64,000 nt of DNA from an uncultured Spirochaetota bacterium (GTDB taxonomy: Bacteria; Spirochaetota; Spirochaetia; SZUA-6; Fen-1364). The stretch covers positions 1 to 64,000 of the forward strand of contig CAWAHW010000002.1 in the NCBI GenBank assembly GCA_963781885.1, in the 5' to 3' direction. Made by a program: the position numbers and the translations under genes. Positions 56,674 to 64,000 of this stretch are shown one piece after another. The notes under the pieces were generated by a model. The model had not been told where the DNA came from and did no database searches. It worked only from the letters and a program-made list of their open reading frames with translations. The first letter of the stretch is position 1. Every line of letters begins with the position of its first letter.

Positions 56674-58098
56674 TCAGTCGTCGTGCGGGAGCGAGCCGCG
56701 CGCCGCGCGAAGATACCCGAAGGGGGTCGTCGCAAGGAAGTTGGAGACGCGGGACGTGTAGACGTCCGCGTAGCGCTCCACCTGGCGCGCGAAGAGGCTC
56801 TTGTCATTGCCCGCCCGCATGAGGGGCCCCCAGGTGGGATTTCCCATTTCTCCCGACGCCCGCGCAAGGGGCGAGATCCGCGCGTCCAGCTCCTGGCTTT
56901 CCTCGTTGACGCTCCGCAGGGATGCTTCGAGGTCTTCCGACCCGGCGGCCGGTCGGGGCCCATACTTCTGTTGCGCCCGCTGACGCGCCAGGCGCAGGTG
57001 GGCAAGGCGCGCGTCGATTACCGTCTTCTGGACCATCAGGTCGCGCAGCTCGGCATCCATGGTGCGCGCCTTTTCCGCGGCGATGATTTCTGATTCCATC
57101 TCGCGCAGGATGAGGCCGGTGCGCCAGCGGAGGATCTCCTTGCTCACGTGCACGTCGCCGAAGAGGTGGTCCCCGAGGTAGAGGATCTCCGCGCCGGACA
57201 GGCCCAGGCTCGACTCCACGAGCTGGGCGTCACCGCCGACGTAGACGTTGCCCTGCTCCAGCGGGCCGCGCGTCGGTCTGAGGAGGCCCGCTTCCTCATC
57301 GGTGACGCGGTAGACGGCCTGGCGTCCGGAGAAGAACCCGGGCTTCCGCGATTCCACGATCACGAGGTCGAAGAGCCCGCGCCACGTCGTGCCGGCGGGG
57401 AGGAAGCGGTCGAAGGCGTAGCTCATCATGGCGCGGGTATAGGCCCAGTCCGAGTTGGTGATGAGGAGGAGCTTCTTTCCCGCCATCTTCTGGTCCAGCA
57501 GCGTGAGGGGAAGATCGGGGTCCAGCTCCACGAATCGATCGGGATCCGCCATGATCTGCGTCTTCAGCTCGCTCAGGTTGTGCGCCTCGTCCAGCGCCAT
57601 GCCCAGGACCCGGTGCAGGTCGCGATACCCGAGGGTCTCGGGCAGCCGACCGGCGTCCAGCAGGTCCACGAGCTGGGCGAAGAGATTCGCCTCGGACAGG
57701 GAGAAGAGCGTGTTCATGAACTGCCAGCGGGGGTCATGGAGGTCCACGAAGGTGCTCGCGTAGGCGGTGCGCTGCTCGTCGAAGGACAGGGGTTGGGTCC
57801 CATGGTGGGCCCGGATCACGTAGCCGAAACGGGTGGCTTTCACGAGGTTGCCGAGCTCCAGGTCGAAGGCGAGCCCCTGGATGACGCTCGTCGGGTCGAA
57901 GACGAGGCTGCCCACCGGCCAGCCCCGGCGCTCCAACGGCCCCAGGGCGCGCTCGAATGCCGCGCGCTCCCATTCCCGGGTCCGGTAGTGGACGAGCGTG
58001 TAGTCCATGTCGTAGCCGACGGCCCGGATGGCCCTCAGGTTCAGGGTGCGATTGCACCACACGCGGCGCTCCGGGGGAACCGGCGGCGGAAGTGTCAT
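56674..58098 (-). CDS. HAD-IG family 5'-nucleotidase (cN-II-like)
   Basis: 'NRTLNL..I.AVGYDMDYTLVHY', 'LLITNSDW', 'SRKPGFF', 'ILYLGDHLFGDV' and 'RYADVYTSRVSN'. Confidence 0.92.
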   Translation of the reverse strand: MTLPPPVPPERRVWCNRTLNLRAIRAVGYDMDYTLVHYRTREWERAAFERALGPLERRGWPVGSLVFDPTSVIQGLAFDLELGNLVKATRFGYVIRAHHGTQPLSFDEQRTAYASTFVDLHDPRWQFMNTLFSLSEANLFAQLVDLLDAGRLPETLGYRDLHRVLGMALDEAHNLSELKTQIMADPDRFVELDPDLPLTLLDQKMAGKKLLLITNSDWAYTRAMMSYAFDRFLPAGTTWRGLFDLVIVESRKPGFFSGRQAVYRVTDEEAGLLRPTRGPLEQGNVYVGGDAQLVESSLGLSGAEILYLGDHLFGDVHVSKEILRWRTGLILREMESEIIAAEKARTMDAELRDLMVQKTVIDARLAHLRLARQRAQQKYGPRPAAGSEDLEASLRSVNEESQELDARISPLARASGEMGNPTWGPLMRAGNDKSLFARQVERYADVYTSRVSNFLATTPFGYLRAARGSLPHDD

Positions 58099-58129
58099 GC
58101 CCAAAGATTACCACACGGCGGCACCGGCG

Positions 58130-58230
58130 GCCACGGTACTCCGTGGCATTCGGGCGGCCACGCGCTCGCTTGCGTGCCTCCGTGCACTCGCTCGCCCTCG
58201 ACATCCATGTCTACGGCACTCCGTGGCATT
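58130..58230. repeat. REP/REPIN-like intergenic element: two copies of (GCC)ACGGYACTCCGTGGCATT flanking an internal palindrome GACAT-CC-ATGTC
   Basis: Copies at 58130-58150 and 58213-58230. This is the same unit as at 12460 and 12487. Confidence 0.7.
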
Positions 58231-58242
58231 TGCGCCGGGAGG

Positions 58243-60051
58243 CTAGGAAGACGGCCCGCCCGCGCGGGGATGCGTGATGGGAAGCGTCACGCGGAAGCTC
58301 GCGCCCTTGCCGGGGACGCTTTCCACCGTGAGGCGTCCGCCGTGCTTGTTGGCGATGATATCCGACGAGATGCTCAGGCCCAGGCCCGTTCCCTGGCCCA
58401 CGGGTTTCGTCGTGAAGAACGGATCGAATATCCGCAGCTGTATCTCCGAAGGGATGCCGGGACCGTCATCGTTCACCTCGATCCAGACCTGGTCGGTGAC
58501 GACGCCGGTGCGGATCACGATGGTCCCCCGGCTGTCCCGGTTCTGGCTCTTGATGGCCTGCGCGGCGTTGACGATGAGATTCAGGAAGACCTGGTTGATC
58601 TCCCCGCCGATGCATTCCACCGGGGGCAGGGAAGCGAGATCGACCTTCACGTCGGCGACGTACTTCACCTCATTGGTGGCGACGGCCAGAGTATTTTCGA
58701 TGCCCTTGTTGATGTCGAAAAGCCCGAAGCGCTCCCCGGAGTCGATGCGGGAGAAGCTCTTCAGGTTCTGCACGATCTCCGTGATCCGCCGAAAGCCGTC
58801 CTCCGACTCCTGCATGATCGCGTCGAAGTCCCCCAGGATGTAGGCGATGTCGTAGGTCTCCGCCGCGGCGCGAACCTGGTCCCCGGCGCCTGCCATGACC
58901 TGCTCGAGGAAACTCTTGACGGCGGCCAGATGCTTGCGGACGGCCGCGTTGTTGCTCTTCAGGTAGCCCAGCGGGTTGTTGATCTCGTGCGCGACGCCCG
59001 CCGCGAGCTGGCCGATGGAGGCAAGCTTCTCCTGCTGGACCATCAAGGTCTGGGATTCCTTCAGCTTCTGGTTGGCATCCGCAAGCTCGACGTTCATCTT
59101 CCACAAAGCCTGCTCGTCGCGGATGCGGTCGGTGATGTCCTTCACGATCGTGTGGCTCTCCATCACCGTCCCGTCCTTGCTTCGCAGCTGCGTCGCGCTC
59201 GCCAGCCCGAACATCGTGGATCCGTCGCGGCGCTTCAGGATGACCTCGAAGTCCTTCACGAAGCCCTGCCCGGCGAGCCGCCGCGTGAATGCCTCGCTGT
59301 CCTGCGGATTGGCCCAGAACTCCGCGACATTGCGGCCCACCACCTTCTCGGCCGGTCCGTAGCCCAGGAGCCGCACGCCCGCCTTGTTCAGGTCGATGAT
59401 CCTGCCGTCGCCGTCGATCGTGGCGATCATGTCCATCGACTCGTCGAAGATGGCGCGCAGCTTCGCCTCGCTCAGACGATAGGCGTCCTCCACGAGCACG
59501 AGCTTCCTGTACTCGACCTGCTGCCGCCGCAGCCGGCTCTGGAACGCCGCCGCGATATCGGGCACGATCTCGTCGAGCAGGGCCGCGTTCCCCGGGTCGA
59601 GTGGATTTTCCCCCTGCCAGAATGCCAGGATCCCGAGCGATTGGGTCCCGCTCACGAGCGGCGCGAGGAGGGCCCGTGCGGCAGGCGCCTCTTCGATGCC
59701 CGTGTCATCCTCGAAAGAAGCCGCGCCGCGGGTGAACGCGTGCTGCCATGCCGCGGGCCACTCAGCGGCCGGGCAATGAAGCTCGCTCTGCCGGTCGGTG
59801 CGTATGCAGGTCATGACGCCGACTTCCTCGATGCGGCCGAGGAATGCCGCGGCGCTTCCCAGCTCCGCCTGCAGCCGCGTCAAGACCGCGCGGTGGGCGG
59901 CCGCGTCTGAGGCTGCATTGAACTCCGCGATCAGGGTGCGGCGCAGGGCACAGGCGCGCGCCGTCTCGCGCAACTCTCTCTCCAGCCGGAGGATGCGGTC
60001 GGAACCGTCTCTGCCGTGCCCTGCCGGAAGCGCGTCGGGCTTTCCGCTCAT
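58243..60051 (-). CDS. GAF/PAS sensor histidine kinase (NtrB/HisKA type)
   Basis: 'QQEKLASIGQLAAGVAHEINNPL', 'NQVFLNLIVNAAQA', 'DDGPGI', 'FDPFFTTKPVGQGTGLGL' and PAS 'IFDESMDMIATID'. Confidence 0.93.
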   Translation of the reverse strand: MSGKPDALPAGHGRDGSDRILRLERELRETARACALRRTLIAEFNAASDAAAHRAVLTRLQAELGSAAAFLGRIEEVGVMTCIRTDRQSELHCPAAEWPAAWQHAFTRGAASFEDDTGIEEAPAARALLAPLVSGTQSLGILAFWQGENPLDPGNAALLDEIVPDIAAAFQSRLRRQQVEYRKLVLVEDAYRLSEAKLRAIFDESMDMIATIDGDGRIIDLNKAGVRLLGYGPAEKVVGRNVAEFWANPQDSEAFTRRLAGQGFVKDFEVILKRRDGSTMFGLASATQLRSKDGTVMESHTIVKDITDRIRDEQALWKMNVELADANQKLKESQTLMVQQEKLASIGQLAAGVAHEINNPLGYLKSNNAAVRKHLAAVKSFLEQVMAGAGDQVRAAAETYDIAYILGDFDAIMQESEDGFRRITEIVQNLKSFSRIDSGERFGLFDINKGIENTLAVATNEVKYVADVKVDLASLPPVECIGGEINQVFLNLIVNAAQAIKSQNRDSRGTIVIRTGVVTDQVWIEVNDDGPGIPSEIQLRIFDPFFTTKPVGQGTGLGLSISSDIIANKHGGRLTVESVPGKGASFRVTLPITHPRAGGPSS

Positions 60052-60437
60052 GCGCCTTCCCCCCTCCCGCCCTTCACCACCGGAATGTACTGCGGGATTC
60101 CCAGCAGCTCCAGGACATGCAGGACGGCGGGCCGGGGGGATTCAAGGCTCATGTCTATTGCCCTCTTCCTTGCGGCAACGGCCGCCATGGTGAGCATCCC
60201 GATTCCCAGTGAGGCAATGTAGTGCAGCTCTTCGAGATTGACGATGATGAGCGGCGCCCCGTCCCAGGCCGTGACAAGAGACACCAGGGGCTCGCTCACG
60301 ACATTGGCCGCGTCCCCGTCGAGATACCCTTCGAAGACGATCCGCAGCCCGCCGTGCGGCAGTGTTCCCGCATGCGCGGAAAAGTTTTTCAGATCCCGCG
60401 TCACCGCGTCAAAGACGTCAAAAGCGTCCTGCGTCAC
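60048..60437 (-). CDS. STAS domain anti-sigma factor antagonist
   Basis: 'EGYLDG..IIVNLEELHYIASLGIGML..VLHVLELLG', with the phosphorylatable Ser in 'YIASLG'. Confidence 0.82.
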   Translation of the reverse strand: MTQDAFDVFDAVTRDLKNFSAHAGTLPHGGLRIVFEGYLDGDAANVVSEPLVSLVTAWDGAPLIIVNLEELHYIASLGIGMLTMAAVAARKRAIDMSLESPRPAVLHVLELLGIPQYIPVVKGGRGEGA

Positions 60438-60445
60438 CCGTCACC

Positions 60446-61597
60446 TCACACGCAATCGACGCGGATGAGCGTCACGTCATCCGTGAACTCCGCCGAGCCT
60501 GCAAGAGCCAGCATCCGGGCCCCGATCGCGGCTGCGGAAAGACCGGGACCGTCGGGGCCCTTCAGCACGTCGAGGAGACGGCGCGTGCCGTCGCTCACCG
60601 TGCCCGTGCCCAGCTCCACCAGCCCGTCCGTGTAGAGGAGGAGCGTGTCCCCGGTCTGGAAGTGCGCCTCCTCCTCCCGGTAGTCCGCATCAGGGACGAA
60701 GCCCAGCGCCGGGCCCGTGGACGCAAGGGGCGCCGCCTGTCCACGGGAGACGTGGAGCGGCGGCACCTGGCCCGCGTTCGCGTAGCGCAGGGAGCGCGCC
60801 GCCGGGTCGAAGAGGCCGGCAAAGAGGGAAATGAACATGCTCGATCCTTCACCGAAGAATCCCGCCAGGCGCCTGTTGAGCCATTTCATCAGGCCCGCCA
60901 TGGACACCTGCATGCCTTCGGGTCCGATATACTCCATGACGATGATCGACTTGAGAATGCCAGTCACCAGGGCGCCCGTCACACCGTGCCCCGCGACGTC
61001 CCCCACGAGCAGGAGCGTTCCACGCTTTGGCAGCTCCAGCACGTCGTAGTAGTCCCCGCCACAGTAGAGGGAGGGAAGAGGGCGATAGTCGAGATCGATG
61101 CGCAGACCCTGCGGCGCGGGGATCTTGATCTTCAGGAAGAAGCGCTGCATCTCCCCGGCCCACCGCAGCTCCATGTCCATGCGCTTCTGATGATCGGCGT
61201 TCTCCTTCCTGATCCGGTAGACCTCCAGCGCCTTCTCGATCTCGGCCCGCAGGTAGTCCCGGTCCCAGGGCTTCAGGATGTAGCTGAAGATGCCCGCCTT
61301 GATCGCCTTCATGACTTCTTCCACCTCGGAATAACCGCTCAAAAGGATCGAGAGGATTTCCGGATAGCGCTGCTTGATGGAGACAAGCAGGTCGCTTCCC
61401 TTCATCGCCGGCATGCGCAGGTCGGAGACCACGAGCTCGTACTCGCCCTGGTGCGCGTTGAGCATCCCCATCACCGCCAGCGGATCCGTCGCGATGTCGA
61501 TCTCCACGCCGGTCGTCCGGGACCAGTCGCGGAGCTCCCGTTTCAGCGCCAGAAGCGTATTCGGCTCGTCGTCCACGAAAAGAACTCTCCGACTCAT
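60446..61597 (-). CDS. Response regulator receiver fused to PP2C/SpoIIE phosphatase (RsbU/RssB-like)
   Basis: REC 'VLFVDDE..VVSDLRMP..KPW' and SpoIIE 'GGDYYD..GDVAGHG..YANAG..LYTDGL..DDVTLI'. Confidence 0.92.
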   Translation of the reverse strand: MSRRVLFVDDEPNTLLALKRELRDWSRTTGVEIDIATDPLAVMGMLNAHQGEYELVVSDLRMPAMKGSDLLVSIKQRYPEILSILLSGYSEVEEVMKAIKAGIFSYILKPWDRDYLRAEIEKALEVYRIRKENADHQKRMDMELRWAGEMQRFFLKIKIPAPQGLRIDLDYRPLPSLYCGGDYYDVLELPKRGTLLLVGDVAGHGVTGALVTGILKSIIVMEYIGPEGMQVSMAGLMKWLNRRLAGFFGEGSSMFISLFAGLFDPAARSLRYANAGQVPPLHVSRGQAAPLASTGPALGFVPDADYREEEAHFQTGDTLLLYTDGLVELGTGTVSDGTRRLLDVLKGPDGPGLSAAAIGARMLALAGSAEFTDDVTLIRVDCV

Positions 61598-61767
61598 GGT
61601 CCTCCCTTCCCCCCTTCGCGCAGGATGGCGTCGGTCCCCGCGACGCCGATCCCATCGCGGCTGCGCGCGCGGTAGAAGGCGCGCACGGGTTGAGCGCGCA
61701 GGGATCGGGTGATGGTGCTGAGAGTATGGGGTTCATCGTCGACGAAGACAGCGATCGGCTCGAACAT
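61594..61767 (-). pseudogene. Truncated receiver-domain fragment (57 aa)
   Basis: 'MFEPIAVFVDDEPHTLSTITRSLR' is the beta1-alpha1 of a REC domain, but the phospho-Asp and KP regions are missing. Its stop overlaps the next ATG. Confidence 0.5.
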
Positions 61768-61892
61768 GGCGGCGCCTTGCGCCGGCCCAGTATAGCACGG
61801 CCGTATCCGCGCCGCAGGCGCGGCGAAGGTTTTCGCGGGGGCGGAAATATTCCTTGACAAGCAGGGGAAACGGGTTTCCTCTAGCGGTGGCC

Positions 61893-64000
61893 ATGAACGG
61901 TAGAAGCGAACCTGCCCGGTTTGTCCCGTGGAGGCGTTTCGCAGCTCTTGGAATCGGTTTCCTGATCCTGGCAATGGGCGCGGTGTGGCTCTTTGCAAGT
62001 CAACGGGCGAGCCTTCGGCGCCGCGCGGAAGAGGACCTCGGCGCAATAGCGCGCCTGCAGGTCGATCGGATCGTCAACTGGCGGGACCAGCGCATCGCGG
62101 ATGCGACCTCGCTCGCCGACAACCCGCTTCTGGACGACCAGATGGCCCTGTGGGCGCGGGACCCGGCGCCCGGGTTGACGGCGCGTCTTCTCGCGGCGCT
62201 CACGCCCGCGCAGCTTCAAAATCACTATGAGGACATCCTCCTCCTGGACGCGGCCGGCGTTGTCCGCGGCAGCGTCACGGGAGCCGATCGGTCGTTCGAG
62301 AAGGAAGATGCGGACACGCTCCAGCTCGCCATGCGCCAGAGGCGGGCGGTCATGACGGACATTCATCAGAACGGCACCGCGGCCTCCGTCATCGAGGTGT
62401 TCACACCCGTCTTTGCCGGCAGCGACGCGAGGGACGCTCTGCTCGGTGCAATCGTCCTTCGTTTTGATGCGACTGCCTTTCTCGAGAGCCTGCTCCAGTC
62501 CTGGCCCATGCACAGCGACACGGGGGAGACGTATCTCGTCCGTCGTGACGGTGACGCGGTCCTCTACCTGAGCGAGCTTCGATTCCGGAGGGACTCCGCC
62601 CTCTCTCTTCGCATCCCCCTCGCCCGCAGCGACGTCCTGGCAGTCAAGGCGGTGGGAGGCGCGACGGGCGTCATGTACGGCCGGGACTACCGCTCCGCGC
62701 GCGTGCTCGGGTATGCGCTCCCGGTGCCCGAGACGCCCTGGATCCTCCTGGCGAAAGAAGATGAGGGGGAGATCCTCGCCTCCTGGCGTCTCAACTCCGC
62801 GGTCCTCCTGGGCCTCCTGGTCGTCGCAGCCGCCGCGGCCGCCTTGGTCCTGGGTCTGGCGTGGCTGCGAAACACGCGGCGGCACGACGTCTCCCTGCAG
62901 GCCGGCGAGGAAAGGTATCAAACGACTCTCATGAGCGTCGGCGATTGCGTGATTGCCGCCGACGCCGACGGCGCAGTCCAAATCATGAACCCGGCCGCGG
63001 AAGCCCTCACCGGCTGGACGGAGGCGGAGGCGCAGGGCCGCCCGCTGGCGGATGTCCTCAAGATCGAGGATTCGGATGCGCGCAGCACCGTTCTCATTGC
63101 GCGCAATGGCAGTCCCCACGCCGTCGCGCGCAACGTCTCCCCGGTCCGCGGCAGCGCCGGCGCGCCGGCCGGGGTCGTCGTCGTTTTTCGGGACGTCACC
63201 GACGAGCTGCGGCGCAACGACGAACGGCACATCACGCTGCAGCTCCTCGGCTACCTCAACCAGGACAGCGACACCGAAGGGCTTGTCCGCAGCGTCACGG
63301 GGCTCCTCCAGTCGTGGACGCTGTGCGAGGCGGTGGGCGTGAGGCTCCAGGACGGCGACGACTACCCCTATTTCGAGACGCGCGGATTTCCCGGCGATTT
63401 CGTGGAGGCGGAAAGGTTCCTCTGCGAGCGCGGCATGGACGGACGCGCGCTGCGGGACAACGAGGGTCATCCCGCGCTCGCCTGCATGTGCGGGGCGGTC
63501 CTCCGGGAGCGCACGGACCCGACGAAGCCGTTTTTCACGCCCAAGGGGAGCTTCTGGAGCAACGGCACGAGCGAGCTCCTGGCGAGCACGACGGAGGCGG
63601 ACCGCCAGGGCCCCACCCGCAATCGCTGCAATGCCCAGGGCTACGAGTCGGTCGCCCTCATCCCCCTCCGCAGCGGAAGCGGCATGCTCGGTCTCCTCCA
63701 GGTCAACGACAAAAGGCCGGGTCGGTTCAGCCCCGAGCTGCTGCGTTTCCTGGAAAATGCCGCCGACCAGATCGCCATTGCGCTGGCGCAGCGGCGCGCG
63801 CGGGCGGCGCTGGAGGAGAGTGAGACGCACTACCGCTCGCTTTTCGGCAACATGCTGAACGGCTTCGCCTTCTGTAAAATGATCTATGAGGCCGGGGAGC
63901 CGGCCGATTTCATCTACCTCGACGTGAATGAAGCCTTCGGGAAGCTCACGGGCCTGGTCGACGTCGTCGGCCGCAAGGTCTCCGTCGTCATCCCCGGCAT
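61893..64000 (+). CDS. Membrane sensor protein (TM-Cache-TM-PAS-GAF-PAS...), 3'-truncated by the window
   Basis: Absent from the ORF track because it has no stop in the window. My translation gives 'MNGRSEPARFVPWRRFAALGIGFLILAMG..', 'GDCVIAADADGAVQIMNPAAEALTGW', 'DYPYFETRGF..LACMCG..RNRCNAQGYESVALIPL' and 'YRSLFGNMLNGFAFCKMI'. Confidence 0.85.
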   Translation, partial: MNGRSEPARFVPWRRFAALGIGFLILAMGAVWLFASQRASLRRRAEEDLGAIARLQVDRIVNWRDQRIADATSLADNPLLDDQMALWARDPAPGLTARLLAALTPAQLQNHYEDILLLDAAGVVRGSVTGADRSFEKEDADTLQLAMRQRRAVMTDIHQNGTAASVIEVFTPVFAGSDARDALLGAIVLRFDATAFLESLLQSWPMHSDTGETYLVRRDGDAVLYLSELRFRRDSALSLRIPLARSDVLAVKAVGGATGVMYGRDYRSARVLGYALPVPETPWILLAKEDEGEILASWRLNSAVLLGLLVVAAAAAALVLGLAWLRNTRRHDVSLQAGEERYQTTLMSVGDCVIAADADGAVQIMNPAAEALTGWTEAEAQGRPLADVLKIEDSDARSTVLIARNGSPHAVARNVSPVRGSAGAPAGVVVVFRDVTDELRRNDERHITLQLLGYLNQDSDTEGLVRSVTGLLQSWTLCEAVGVRLQDGDDYPYFETRGFPGDFVEAERFLCERGMDGRALRDNEGHPALACMCGAVLRERTDPTKPFFTPKGSFWSNGTSELLASTTEADRQGPTRNRCNAQGYESVALIPLRSGSGMLGLLQVNDKRPGRFSPELLRFLENAADQIAIALAQRRARAALEESETHYRSLFGNMLNGFAFCKMIYEAGEPADFIYLDVNEAFGKLTGLVDVVGRKVSVVIPG

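Noticed and set aside
57148-59910. 920-aa plus-strand ORF (similar long ORFs at 33446-35437, 42610-44868, 44895-47057 and 29875-31812)
   Set aside because: All mirror well-supported genes on the other strand and have no recognisable domains.
61881-63830. 649-aa minus-strand ORF
   Set aside because: Shadow of the plus-strand sensor gene starting at 61893, which has clear PAS/GAF motifs.
1-64000. tRNA, rRNA, riboswitch, IS element or prophage
   Set aside because: None was recognised by eye, and the intergenic spaces are short. An Infernal/tRNAscan run would be needed to exclude small RNAs.

Overview
A 64 kb, GC-rich, gene-dense bacterial chromosome segment with about 57 CDS. The lineage is not determinable with certainty; the FlgD-Ig, FecR and lipoprotein content is compatible with an anaerobic or facultative Spirochaetota-like MAG. 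I recognised no rRNA, tRNA, CRISPR array, transposase or integrase. Contents in order: ResB/CcsA cytochrome c maturation genes; an MBL-fold/cNMP/hemerythrin protein coupled to a Mesh1-like HD hydrolase; a PduL phosphotransacylase fused to MshEN-like and ComFB-like cyclic-dinucleotide receptor domains (the most unusual item); a nitrilase and DUF2161; glutaredoxin with an FTR-rubredoxin reductase; two divergent Opp/Dpp ABC systems; an AprA/AprB-like flavoprotein-ferredoxin pair; aspS and GH9; a class II aldolase with a microcompartment-type C-terminal helix and a DeoR regulator; an SrkA kinase; a nitroreductase; a DUF5939 cyclase; MarR with a heterodimeric ABC exporter; a PurD-like ATP-grasp enzyme; rlmN; a steroid 5-alpha-reductase-like protein; a cN-II nucleotidase; and a REC-PP2C/STAS/HK signalling block. 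Non-coding observations are a small palindromic repeat family (one pair sits in-frame inside a gene), many apparently leaderless genes, and six +1 frameshifts that are probably sequencing errors. All family calls come from motif recognition by eye, not from database searches.
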